64,000 nucleotides of DNA from Planctomycetota bacterium (GTDB lineage Bacteria > Planctomycetota > B15-G4 > SIAN01), in NCBI GenBank assembly GCA_009691715.1, contig SIAN01000017.1:10867-74866 (forward strand), given 5' to 3'. The position numbers were made by a program, and so were the translations under genes. The notes beneath the pieces are model-generated. The model had not been told where the DNA came from. It saw nothing but the letters and a program-made list of their open reading frames with translations, and did not search any database. Positions 36,163 through 45,731 of the stretch are shown here, one piece after another (the stretch's first letter is position 1; the number at the start of each line of letters is the position of its first letter).

Positions 36163-37743
36163 TCAGTCGTCGCTGATCGCGAGAAGCCTCACACTCGTCC
36201 GCGAAAGCCAACCGGCGGACCGGGCGAGTTCGACGTAGCGCGGGGAGGCGGAGTCGATCGCAATCAGGGTGCCGACGGGTAACGGCGGTGCGCTCGGATC
36301 GAGCGGCGTGCTCGTCGTGCTCGGCGAGGCCAACCCACGCACGTCGGCGGCGATCACCAGCGCGTGCCGGCCGGCGCCGCCACCCTTCTCGCACCAGTCG
36401 CGCAGCGATGCGCGCGCGCGGGTCCCGAGGTTGAGACGGCGGGCGGCGAGATCGACGTTTGCGGCGAGGTCGCGATCGCCCGACAACGGGATCGCCGCAT
36501 CGAGCCAGTCCGCCAGCGCCAGAACGAATTGCCCCTGGGCGAAACGGGCGTGGCCGAGATTCGCCAGGAGCGCGCCGTGCGGGGCGCCTTCCTCCGTGAG
36601 CGCAGCCGCGTACCAGCGCTCCGCCGCTGCGTGATCGCCGTCGCGGCAGGCGCGCCGGCCGAGCGCCGCGCGCTCGAACCAGCTTGAACCGGGCCGTGCG
36701 CGACGTTCGTCGAGCGCGCGCAACGGGGCCAGCAGTTCGAGCAGCGCCGGGTCGACCGCCGGCGCCGGCGCGAGCAGCGTGGTGCGACCGTCCGCCGCTG
36801 GCCGGACACCAAACGCCAGCGCGCCGCTCTCGCTCCGCCGATAGCGGGGCGCCGGTGCCGGCTCGAACCAGTCGATCGCGAGCGACGGCACGGCGTCGAT
36901 CGCGGTCGACTCGGCCAGCAGCTCGAACGTGAGCGTCATCGCATCACGAGCCCGCGCGACGGTCTTGCCGCGCACGTGGAAACCGGTGGGCGCGTAGGCG
37001 GGCGGCGCGAACTGCTCGAAATTGGCGGCGCCGCGAATCGTCGCCGTGAGCGTGATCGGCTGGCCGAGCTCGACCGTGCTCGCGGAGAGTTCGGCGCCGA
37101 GCGTGAGCGTCCCGACCGCGCCACCAAAACCCGGCGGACGCCCCGCGTCGGGCAGCGCGTCGACGATCACGGACTGTCCCGGGCTCTCCACTCGCAGTTC
37201 GCGCCGATCCCGCGGCGCGCGGCCGGCGAGGAGATCGTCATCGAAGCCGCTGGTGAAGCTGACCAACGCCGACGCCGGCGCGAATTCGAGCGGCCCGGGT
37301 GCAGTCGCCAGGAAGGTCCGCCGCAACACGAGATCGCCGTGACCATCGGTGAAACGCACGATCGCTGCGACCCGCCGATCGCAGAGCGCAAAGCTGAGTG
37401 CTTGCGGCGGCGGCGACTCTCCGGCCTCGCTCCAGCCGGGCGCGCGCGCCAACGTCCCGCGCCACTCGAGGAGCGCCGGCGCCAGCAGTTGCAGCGGCAA
37501 ACCCAGAGGCTGCTGGAACGGCTGCAGCGCGTGGTCGGCGAACCACGCTTCATCGAAGCTGACCCGCACGGAGACCTCGATCGCTTCCCCGACGAACGCA
37601 CGAGGCGGCACGATCTCCACGGTGACCGACAGCGGCGAAGGACCCGCCTGCGCCGCGGTAACGGGGGCGCCCCGAACGAACAGCGCGAGGAGCGCGACGA
37701 ATGGCGCGGTGATTGGCGCGATGAGCGACGCGCGGTCGATCAC
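36163..37743 (-). CDS. BatD-like protein fused to TPR and an SH3-like (BatE-like) C-terminus
   Basis: The GTG overlaps the upstream stop (GTGA). Signal peptide, then BatD-like beta-rich repeats. TPR-like RACRDGDHAAAERWYAAAL...NLGHARFAQGQFVLALADW. Last gene of the MoxR operon. Confidence 0.75.
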   Translation of the reverse strand: MIDRASLIAPITAPFVALLALFVRGAPVTAAQAGPSPLSVTVEIVPPRAFVGEAIEVSVRVSFDEAWFADHALQPFQQPLGLPLQLLAPALLEWRGTLARAPGWSEAGESPPPQALSFALCDRRVAAIVRFTDGHGDLVLRRTFLATAPGPLEFAPASALVSFTSGFDDDLLAGRAPRDRRELRVESPGQSVIVDALPDAGRPPGFGGAVGTLTLGAELSASTVELGQPITLTATIRGAANFEQFAPPAYAPTGFHVRGKTVARARDAMTLTFELLAESTAIDAVPSLAIDWFEPAPAPRYRRSESGALAFGVRPAADGRTTLLAPAPAVDPALLELLAPLRALDERRARPGSSWFERAALGRRACRDGDHAAAERWYAAALTEEGAPHGALLANLGHARFAQGQFVLALADWLDAAIPLSGDRDLAANVDLAARRLNLGTRARASLRDWCEKGGGAGRHALVIAADVRGLASPSTTSTPLDPSAPPLPVGTLIAIDSASPRYVELARSAGWLSRTSVRLLAISDD

Positions 37744-40253
37744 CAGTCACGCTCCACTTCAGCGGCTGCCGCGCGGCGCACCTTCGCCCGCTCGGCTCGT
37801 TTCGCAGTCTCGCGCTCGTCGAGCCGTTGCGCGAGTTGCGCCAGAGCCGATTCCGGCAGCGGTTCGAGCAGCGCGGTCAACGTCGCGGGCAGCGTCGCAG
37901 CGTCGTTCGCGCTCGGTTCCGGTGGGGCGTCGAACGCCGACCCATCGGGCAGTGGTGGGGCGTCGGTCGGCGGCGCGTTTTGCGCCAACTTGCGCCGCGC
38001 GTCGACCACGGGATCGGGGCGCGGGCGCGGCAGCGCGCGCTCGAGCTCGCCGATCCGCAGCAGTGCCCGCTCGCAGTCGCGCCGCAACGCATCCCAATCG
38101 GGGCGATCAAGTGCCGCCGCCTGCCACTCGCGCAACGCCGCGCGACAGGGTTCGATCGCTGCAACGCCGCTCGCGGCCGCTGCGGCCTCCCACGCGTCCA
38201 TGCCACGAAGGAACGCGCTCGCCGACTCGAACCGACTCGGGGCGAAGGCGGCGGCACGTTCGAGCGCGACCGCGGAACGGGTTGCGTCTCCGCTCGCGCG
38301 GGCAGCCAACGCCGCGTTCCATTCGGGTGCAGCGCGATCGACAGCGGCCTCGCCGCAGGCGCTCGCCGCCAACACGACGCCGACCGTCCATGCCGCCGCC
38401 GCGCGACCGCGCCGCAGCGACGCGCGGACCGCGGCGACGGTCGCTGCCGCGACCGCGAGCAGCACGCACCACGGTGCGAGCGGCCGGCCGACGGGAGGCA
38501 GGGCAGCGGCCGCTTCAACGCCGCTCGGCGGTTGTGCAGACAGCGTGGCGAACAGTGCGGCGAGCGGCGCCGACTCGTCGCGCGCGGCGACGTAGCGCCC
38601 ACCGGTGGCGGCGACCAACGCCTGCAATCCCGCCTCGTCGAGCCGGGTCACGATCTCCAAGCCGGCGCGATCGACGACGAACCCGCCGACCGCGTCGCCC
38701 TGGATCGCATCGGCTTCGATCACAGCGCCGTCGATCGCCACCGCACGCGCGATCTTGCTGCCGAACGGCGAGCCGTAACCGACCGCGTGCACCACGATTC
38801 CGCGCGCGCGGCATTCCGCCGCGGACCGCGCCGCCTGCGCCGCGAGGTCTTCCCCGTCCGTGAGCAGCACGATCGCGCCACCGTCCGAGTCGGCGGCTCG
38901 CAACGCCTGCTGCGCCGCCGCCAACGCGCCGCCGAGGTCGCTGCCGCCCTTCACCACGCTCTCTGACGAGACCGTGCGCGCGAGTTCGGCGAACGCGGCG
39001 CCGTCGGCGGTCAGCGGGACGATGCGCACCGCCGTGCCGGCGAACGCGACCAGCGCGAGCCGCAGATCGGTCGCTGTCTCGGCCAGCGCGACCAGTTCGG
39101 CGCGCGCCGCTTCGAGCCGCGTCGGCGCCGCGTCGTTCGCCAGCATCGAGCGCGACACATCGAGACAGACGACCAGGTCGCCGCGGCTGGTGGTGCGTGC
39201 CGGCTCGCGGCCGAACGTCGGCTCGCGCAGCGCGACCGCCACCGCCGCGACCGCGATCGTCCGCAAGGCGACGCCAATCCGGTCTGCCGCAAGCGCGCGA
39301 CCGCCGCCGACGACCGCTCCCGCGACCAGCAGAAGCAGCGCCGCGATCCAGCAGCCGAGCACGCCAAGGAGCAGCGGCCCCGAACGCTCGACGTGGCGCC
39401 AATGCACGTCGCTGCGGCGCGATCGCTCGAGCTGATCGATCGCGTGGCAGACCGCGGCGACCCCGGCGCCATCCTGCGCTCGAAAAAAGTCCCCGCCGGT
39501 CGCGAGTGCCGCCGCCCGGACCTGCCGCGTGTCGAGCGCCTCCGGTCCAGAGACGATCGCGTGGAGTCGGATCGACCGCGCTGCGCACCACTGTGCGGCG
39601 TGCAATGGAGCGATCTCCTCCTGCGTCTCGGCGGAGGCGACGTTCTCCTCGCCATCGGTGAGCAGGATCACAACCCGTGACGCCGCATCGCTTCCGGCGA
39701 GCAGCTTCGCGCAGCGGGCGAGCGCCGTCCCGATCCCGGTCGCATCCTCGACGCTGTCGGGCGGCACGGTCTCGATCGCGGCCAGCGACTCGGCGATCGC
39801 CGCGTGATCACGTGTGAGCGGGGACAACACGTCGGGCCAGCGCGCGAACGCCACCAGCGCGACCCGATCCTCGGGACGACGATCGAGCAGATCGCGCAAC
39901 GCCGACTGCGCCGCCGCGAGTCGCGTCCGGCCGCCGCCGGCATCGCTCGCCGCCATCGACGACGAGCGATCGAGACAGATCGCGAAGTCGATGCCCTCGA
40001 TCGGCAGCGGGACGGCGACACGTTCGGCAGGACGCAGCGCCGCGATCAGCAGCAACAGCAGCGCAAGCCGCTCGAGCCGCGCCGGCCATGGCACGAGCCG
40101 CTCGCGCCAGCTCCTTGGCAGTCGAACACCTTCGAGCAGCGGTAGCCACGCGGCGGCTGGAGCCGGCGCCAACGACCGGCGCGCCAGCAGCAACAGCGCG
40201 AACACGAGCAGCGCGAGCGCGCCCGCTTCCGGAGCCAGCCACTCGAGTTTCAT
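37740..40253 (-). CDS. Fused double vWA protein (BatA-like + BatB-like) with a TPR-like (BatC-like) tail
   Basis: ATG 40253 overlaps the upstream stop (ATGA). Two MIDAS motifs, LDRSSSM and LDVSRSM. TM segments lie between and after the vWA domains. 837 aa. Confidence 0.85.
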   Translation of the reverse strand: MKLEWLAPEAGALALLVFALLLLARRSLAPAPAAAWLPLLEGVRLPRSWRERLVPWPARLERLALLLLLIAALRPAERVAVPLPIEGIDFAICLDRSSSMAASDAGGGRTRLAAAQSALRDLLDRRPEDRVALVAFARWPDVLSPLTRDHAAIAESLAAIETVPPDSVEDATGIGTALARCAKLLAGSDAASRVVILLTDGEENVASAETQEEIAPLHAAQWCAARSIRLHAIVSGPEALDTRQVRAAALATGGDFFRAQDGAGVAAVCHAIDQLERSRRSDVHWRHVERSGPLLLGVLGCWIAALLLLVAGAVVGGGRALAADRIGVALRTIAVAAVAVALREPTFGREPARTTSRGDLVVCLDVSRSMLANDAAPTRLEAARAELVALAETATDLRLALVAFAGTAVRIVPLTADGAAFAELARTVSSESVVKGGSDLGGALAAAQQALRAADSDGGAIVLLTDGEDLAAQAARSAAECRARGIVVHAVGYGSPFGSKIARAVAIDGAVIEADAIQGDAVGGFVVDRAGLEIVTRLDEAGLQALVAATGGRYVAARDESAPLAALFATLSAQPPSGVEAAAALPPVGRPLAPWCVLLAVAAATVAAVRASLRRGRAAAAWTVGVVLAASACGEAAVDRAAPEWNAALAARASGDATRSAVALERAAAFAPSRFESASAFLRGMDAWEAAAAASGVAAIEPCRAALREWQAAALDRPDWDALRRDCERALLRIGELERALPRPRPDPVVDARRKLAQNAPPTDAPPLPDGSAFDAPPEPSANDAATLPATLTALLEPLPESALAQLAQRLDERETAKRAERAKVRRAAAAEVERDW

Positions 40254-41269
40254 CGTGGCGGCTTCGACTGCGGCAGCTTCTGCGGCTCCGGCAGTCGCTC
40301 GCACAGCTCCGCCGCACATCGCCGCAATTCGGCGAGCGCCGCGACCGTCGGAGCGTTCGTCGCGAACTTCGCCGCATCGCCGCGTTCGAGCAACACCGCC
40401 AGCGTCGCGATTGCGTCGTCGGGCAGCCGGACCGCGCGCGCGAGCAGCATCAGCTCTTCACGGCTGCGCCGCGGCGCCGGCAGCGCGCGCTCCTCTTCGA
40501 GCAGTTCGCGCACCGCATCGGCCAGTGCCGCACCCGCAGCGCGAGGCGGCGGCAAGTGTCCGGCACCTGCCGCCCACGCTTCGCTGTCGCCATTCGGCGG
40601 GGAAGCGAGCAGTTCGCGCAGCCGTTGTCGCGCGCGTGCCGCGGTCGAATCGGTCGCGGCCGACGCGCCGTGGCCTGCCGTCCGCCGACGCGCGACGAAC
40701 GCCACCACGAACGCGAGCGCGGCGAGCGACGCGATCGTGAGCCCTGCCGCGCCGACCGGCGTGCGCCACCACGCGTCGCGATCTGGCTCGATCGCGACCG
40801 GCGCGATTCCTGGCGGCCACTCGATCGCTCCTGGCGCTGCTGGATCGAGCTCGCCGACGACGTCACGCGTCAGTGGCTCGCTCTCTGCCTCGCGTCGACC
40901 GCGACCGTCGCGCGCGACCGCGGCGAAGCGCACCGGCGCGAGCGCCACCGGCTCAAGCTGGAAGGCGCAGGCGTCGTAGCGGCGCGTCTCCGTCACCCGA
41001 CCGGCATCGACCGAGCGCGTCACGCTGCGACGCACGACCACGAACGGTGCGAACTGCGTCTCGTCAAACGGCTCCGGCACGAGGCTCCCGTCCCACTCGA
41101 GGATCACCGTCAACGGCAGCGCACGGCCGAACGGCAGCGGCCCCGCCGGGAGCACGATCACCACCGCGACCGGCGGCGCCGCGTCGGTCGAAAGGACGGC
41201 CCCACTGCCCGCCCAAAGGGCGGCCGCAACCATCGCCACCACGCAACGCAGCGTCTCGGCCAGCACCAT
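40250..41269 (-). CDS. Membrane protein of the Bat operon (in the position of DUF4381)
   Basis: 339 aa with a signal-like N-terminus and a central TM (GAAGLTIASLAALAFVVAFVARRR). Lies between the DUF58 and vWA genes. Confidence 0.7.
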   Translation of the reverse strand: MVLAETLRCVVAMVAAALWAGSGAVLSTDAAPPVAVVIVLPAGPLPFGRALPLTVILEWDGSLVPEPFDETQFAPFVVVRRSVTRSVDAGRVTETRRYDACAFQLEPVALAPVRFAAVARDGRGRREAESEPLTRDVVGELDPAAPGAIEWPPGIAPVAIEPDRDAWWRTPVGAAGLTIASLAALAFVVAFVARRRTAGHGASAATDSTAARARQRLRELLASPPNGDSEAWAAGAGHLPPPRAAGAALADAVRELLEEERALPAPRRSREELMLLARAVRLPDDAIATLAVLLERGDAAKFATNAPTVAALAELRRCAAELCERLPEPQKLPQSKPPR

Positions 41270-41272
41270 CGT

Positions 41273-42190
41273 CTACGCCCGCGCTCGGCGCGCCGCGCGC
41301 CCGAAGAAGAAGCGCGCCAACGATCGCTGCAGCGCCGCTGGATCGGCGCGTGTGGCAAGCGGCAGTTCGAGGAACTCCGCGCCAGCACGCCTAAGGTCGC
41401 GTCGGGTGCGCTCGCGCACTTCCGCGATCCGCGCCGCGACCGCGACCCGGACGCGAGGGTCGCGCGCGTCGAAAAGTTGCTCGCCACCGCTTTCCGGATC
41501 ACGCAGGCGCACGAGGCCGGCGGTCGGCGGCGGCAGCGCATCGGCGGCAAGACCCACGCCGACCAGGTCGTGGCGCGCCGCGCAGCGCAACGCGGCGGCT
41601 CGCCACCCGTCGGCATGGAAGTCCGACAGCAGCACGACGATCGAGCCACCCGGCAGCGCGCGCGTCGCCAAATCGAGCAGCGGCACGAGGTCGGCACGGC
41701 CGCGAGCAGGCGGCAGCGCGAGCACGTCGCGGACCAAGCGCAGCGCCGCGTGGGCGCCAGCGAGCGGCGCCACCACATGCTCGACACGCGCGCCGCCGGC
41801 GAAGAGTGCGACCTGGTCGTGGTCGGCGCAGGCCGCGAGCGCCAGCGGCGCAACCACGCGTGCCGCGGCCTGACGCGGCGTGAAACCGCCGAAGCTGGTG
41901 CTCATCGAGGCGGACAGATCGAGCAGGAACGCGACGGTCCGCTCGCGCTCATCGACGTAGCGCTTCACGAACGGACGGCCGTGGCGCGCCGTGACGTTCC
42001 AGTCGATTGCACGCGGATCGTCGCCGGCGACGTACTCGCGCACCTCGTCGAACTCGATGCCCGCGCCGCGGAAGCGCGACGCCCACGCACCGGCTTGCAG
42101 GCTCATGACCAGCCGCGCGCTCTCCGCCTCGATGCGGCGCACCTCGCGCAGCAGCGCGGCAAGCGTCGGATCGCGCGTCGCCGCAACCAT
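41273..42190 (-). CDS. DUF58 domain protein (MoxR-associated)
   Basis: ATG 42190 overlaps the MoxR stop by 1 nt (TGATG). EYVAGDDPRAIDWNVTARHGRPFVKRY is the typical DUF58 core. Confidence 0.88.
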   Translation of the reverse strand: MVAATRDPTLAALLREVRRIEAESARLVMSLQAGAWASRFRGAGIEFDEVREYVAGDDPRAIDWNVTARHGRPFVKRYVDERERTVAFLLDLSASMSTSFGGFTPRQAAARVVAPLALAACADHDQVALFAGGARVEHVVAPLAGAHAALRLVRDVLALPPARGRADLVPLLDLATRALPGGSIVVLLSDFHADGWRAAALRCAARHDLVGVGLAADALPPPTAGLVRLRDPESGGEQLFDARDPRVRVAVAARIAEVRERTRRDLRRAGAEFLELPLATRADPAALQRSLARFFFGRAARRARA

Positions 42191-43179
42191 CACGGCACGG
42201 GCAGCCGTTCCAGCAACTGCGCGATCACCTGCTCCGAGGTGATGCCATCGGCCATCGCCTCGAAGCTCATCGCGATGCGGTGGCGCAGCACATCGGGCGC
42301 CAGCGCGCGCACGTCGTGCGGCGTCGCGAAGCCGCGGCCGGCGAGGAAGGCGTGGGCGCGCGCCGCTTGCGTCAGCGCCACCGATGCGCGCGGCGACGCA
42401 CCGAAGCGAATCCACGGCACCAGCGCCTCGAGGCCGGCGGCCTTCGGCTGGCGAGTGGCGGCGACCAGCGCGAGGACGTAGCGGACGAGCCGCTCTTCGA
42501 CGTGCACCTCGTCCACCAGCGCCCGCGCTTCGAGCACGGCCGCCGGCGTCGTCACTGCGCGCGCGACCGGCTTGGCGCGGTTGGTCGCCATGCGGCCGAC
42601 GATCGCGAACTCCTCCTCCGCACTTGGATAGTCGAGCAGCAGCTTCAGCATGAACCGATCGACCTGCGCCTCGGGCAGCGCGTAGGTGCCTTCGTGCTCG
42701 ATCGGATTCTGCGTGGCGAGCACCAGGAACGGCTCCGGCAGCTTGCGCGTCTCGCCGGCCAGCGAGACCTGCCGCTCCTGCATCGCTTCGAGCAGCGCCG
42801 ACTGCACCTTGGCCGGCGCGCGGTTGATCTCATCGGCCAGCACGAAGTGGCCGAAGATCGGCCCCTCGCGCACGGTCCACTCGCCGGTTTTCGGCTGGAA
42901 CACCTGCGTGCCGACCAGGTCGGCCGGCAACAGGTCAGGCGTGAACTGGATGCGCCGGAACGTGCCGCCGAGCGCCACCGCCAGCGATTGCGCCGCCAAC
43001 GATTTCGCCAACCCGGGCACGCCTTCGAGCAAAACATGGCCATCGGCGAGCAGCCCGACCAGCATCTTCTCGACCAGTGCGTGTTGGCCGACCAGCACTC
43101 GCCCGACTTCACGCGCCACTTCGGCGAAGCGATCGCGGTGGGGCGCCAAGCGAGCGGCGAGCGGATCGGCGACGGTCAC
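42190..43179 (-). CDS. MoxR-family AAA+ ATPase
   Basis: Walker A LEGVPGLAKS, Walker B FVLADEINRAPAKVQSALLEAMQE, then LATQNPIEHEGTYALPEAQVDRF. Confidence 0.95.
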   Translation of the reverse strand: MTVADPLAARLAPHRDRFAEVAREVGRVLVGQHALVEKMLVGLLADGHVLLEGVPGLAKSLAAQSLAVALGGTFRRIQFTPDLLPADLVGTQVFQPKTGEWTVREGPIFGHFVLADEINRAPAKVQSALLEAMQERQVSLAGETRKLPEPFLVLATQNPIEHEGTYALPEAQVDRFMLKLLLDYPSAEEEFAIVGRMATNRAKPVARAVTTPAAVLEARALVDEVHVEERLVRYVLALVAATRQPKAAGLEALVPWIRFGASPRASVALTQAARAHAFLAGRGFATPHDVRALAPDVLRHRIAMSFEAMADGITSEQVIAQLLERLPVP

Positions 43180-43265
43180 GAGTGCGCGGCTCCTCGAGCG
43201 ATGAAGTGCGGGAGGATAGCGGGGTAACGTTCCGCGGCCTGCAATCCAAGACGAGGCCAGCGATC

Positions 43266-45467
43266 ATGCGCGCGACGTTCCTGCTCACCACGTTGAACCT
43301 GTTTTGCACGCTTGCGCCCTTCGCGGCCGGACAAGGCAACCAGCAGGGCCCGCCACCCGGCCTCAGTCGCGAGCAGACTTGGCCGGCGCCGAGCGCGGCG
43401 GACTGGAAGAAGCCCTGCCTGCTCACCTTCCAGCGCAACTGGGAGGACGCCGTCGCGGTCGCACAGGAGCAGGGCAAGGCGATCCTGATCTGCGTCAACA
43501 TGGACGGCGAGATCGCGAGCGAGCACTACGCCGGCATCCGCTACCGCGACCCGGAGGCGGCGAAGCTCTATGCGCCCTACGTCTGCGTGCTGGCGACGAC
43601 CTACCGCCACACGCCGCGCGACTTCGACGAGGCCGGCGAGCGGATCCTCTGCCCGCGCTTCGGCAGCGTGACCTGCGGCGAGCACATCGCGATCGAGCCG
43701 TTCCTGTTCGAGAAGTTCATGGAAGGGCAGCGGGTCGCGCCGCGCCACATCGCAATCGAACTCGATGGCGACGGTAAGGGTGGCACTGAACTTCACGACG
43801 TCTTCTACGCGTGGGATGTGAAGTCGGTCCTTGACCAGATCGCGACCACGATCGCGAAGCGGCCGCCGAGCAAACCGGTGGTGCGCGGCGATCGGCCGCT
43901 GGTGGCGCGCGTCGCGAGCCGTGACCAGGCCGATCGCCTCGCGGTGGAGAGTGCCTTCAAGCAGGGCGATGCCGCTGCCCGGAAGAGCCTGATGGAGGCC
44001 GCCCTCGCGTCGCCGCAGAGCGCGCCGGTCGATCTGCTGCGCCTGGCCTTGCTCGGTTTTGATCGCGAGCTCGCCGCCAAGGCACGCGCGGGTCTTGCGC
44101 AAAGCGTGTCGCCGGCGGCAGTCCCGCTGATCGAGGAGGCCCTGCGCGGGCCGCTCGACGGGGCCGAGAAAGCGGCGCTGGTCGCCGCGCTCGAACGTCT
44201 TGGCGGCGATTCGCCGCGCGCGCGCACGCTGGCCGTCGTCCATCAGGGCCTCACGCTGCGATCGAGCGCGCTCGACGTCGCGGCCTGGACCAAGACGCCC
44301 GATGAAGCCGCCCGCACCGCGCGAGCGGCGTTGCGTCAGGCCCGCCTCACCGACCAGGACGCGATCCTGCGTGGCGGCGACGCGACCGCGCACCTCGAAC
44401 TGGCGGAAGCACTGCTCGATCAGTCGAGCCGTTGCGATCGCGACGACGATGCGCGGCTGCTGATCGCCGACGCCACCACGATCGGCGCGAAGGCGCTGAG
44501 CCTCGGCGCCCACGGCTACCGCGCCTCCGCGCTGCAGGCGATCACGGCGCGCCTCGCGGGGGACGAAGCCAGGGCACGCACGCTCGCCGAGCAGGCGATC
44601 ACCGCCGGCGCGCCGGACGACCCGACCGAAGCGGGGGCCCTCGACGTGCTCGAACTGTTCGCGCGGCAGCGGGAGTTGGCGCTCGGTCAGGCCCTGCGCG
44701 AGCGCAAGCCGTGGCCGCCGCAGTGGCTCACCGACCTGAACGCCGCCTACGGCGCGATGGTCCGCCATCCGCTGGCGAGCGACCGGCATGTGGCGACCCA
44801 CTACGACGTGCTCGACTGGCTCGGAGCGGGCCAGCCGGCGACGCGCTTCCTCGGCGAGGGACTGGCGCGCTTCCCCGATTCCGACGCGCTGCACGAACGG
44901 CTGCGCGCGCGCCTGGTGAAGGAGCGCGGCGCGAGCGGCTTGCTGGAGGCGTATTCGCTGCGCGTCGCTGCCGCGCCGGACTCCGCTGCCGCCCACTCCT
45001 ATGCCGGCTACGGTGCACTGGTCGCCGCCGAGTTCGAACGCCGCGCCGGCCGCGCGCCCGCCGCAGTGGCCGCCTACCAACGTGCGATCGAGTGGTACGA
45101 GCGCGCCATCGCGCTGGCGCCCGACGATCGTGGCGCCGGCGACCACTTCGTCGCGCTCGCGCTGGCGGGCGAGGCACGCGTCGCATTCGAGGCGCAGGAC
45201 TTTGCCGGCGCAGTCGCCGGGCTCGAAGCGAGCTTCCAACGGTCACCCGATTCCGCAGCGACGCAGGACGGCTTGAACGTGTCGCCGGTCGACAGCGCGA
45301 AGATGGTGCTCGGCCAATTGCAGCTCGTCGCGAAGGGCGACCACGCGGACGCGACCGCAACGGGAGAACTGGCGAAGCGCCTCGACACCGCGCTCGCAGC
45401 CCTCGATCCGAAGCTGCTCGAACTCCCGGCCTATGAGCGAGGGGTTCCACGCGCCAGCGGTGGGTGA
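43266..45467 (+). CDS. Secreted thioredoxin-fold (DUF255-like) protein with a long helical/TPR-like C-terminal region
   Basis: Signal peptide MRATFLLTTLNLFCTLAPFAAGQ. WEDAVAVAQEQGKAILICVNMDGEIASEHY...CPRFGSVTCGEH. Same frame as track ORF 43077..45467. Confidence 0.8.
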   Translation: MRATFLLTTLNLFCTLAPFAAGQGNQQGPPPGLSREQTWPAPSAADWKKPCLLTFQRNWEDAVAVAQEQGKAILICVNMDGEIASEHYAGIRYRDPEAAKLYAPYVCVLATTYRHTPRDFDEAGERILCPRFGSVTCGEHIAIEPFLFEKFMEGQRVAPRHIAIELDGDGKGGTELHDVFYAWDVKSVLDQIATTIAKRPPSKPVVRGDRPLVARVASRDQADRLAVESAFKQGDAAARKSLMEAALASPQSAPVDLLRLALLGFDRELAAKARAGLAQSVSPAAVPLIEEALRGPLDGAEKAALVAALERLGGDSPRARTLAVVHQGLTLRSSALDVAAWTKTPDEAARTARAALRQARLTDQDAILRGGDATAHLELAEALLDQSSRCDRDDDARLLIADATTIGAKALSLGAHGYRASALQAITARLAGDEARARTLAEQAITAGAPDDPTEAGALDVLELFARQRELALGQALRERKPWPPQWLTDLNAAYGAMVRHPLASDRHVATHYDVLDWLGAGQPATRFLGEGLARFPDSDALHERLRARLVKERGASGLLEAYSLRVAAAPDSAAAHSYAGYGALVAAEFERRAGRAPAAVAAYQRAIEWYERAIALAPDDRGAGDHFVALALAGEARVAFEAQDFAGAVAGLEASFQRSPDSAATQDGLNVSPVDSAKMVLGQLQLVAKGDHADATATGELAKRLDTALAALDPKLLELPAYERGVPRASGG

Positions 45468-45558
45468 GCGAACGGCCGGCGTTCGACTGCGCCGCAACTG
45501 CGACGGCGATTGCCACCGGATTCCGCGTTGACACCGCGTTGGCCGCAATGCTCGATCC

Positions 45559-45590
45559 GTCACAATTCACGTGACATGTCACAGTGTCAC
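45559..45590. promoter_or_regulatory. Cluster of GTCAC/GTGAC half-sites including a perfect 12-bp palindrome; candidate operator
   Basis: gtcacaattcacgtgacatgtcacagtgtcac contains TCACGTGA (45567..45574) and GTGACATGTCAC (45571..45582). It lies about 140 nt upstream of ATG 45732 in a 264-nt intergenic region. Confidence 0.4.
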
Positions 45591-45731
45591 GAACCGTCGT
45601 TGACGCCGCCCTTCGGCGCGGCGAGTAATGGGCGTGGAATCACAGCCCAGGCGCCCGGACGGTCGATCTGCCGATGTGCGGCGGTGCCCGCCGATCGGGC
45701 GGAGTCACGATTCCTCGCAGGAGAACACGAC

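Noticed and set aside
45600-45629. A sigma70-like promoter, TTGACG-18nt-AGTAAT, upstream of secreted-protein copy B.
   Set aside because: The -10 element matches only 4 of 6 positions, and the promoter consensus for this lineage is uncertain. I mention it only as context for the palindrome array, not as a feature.
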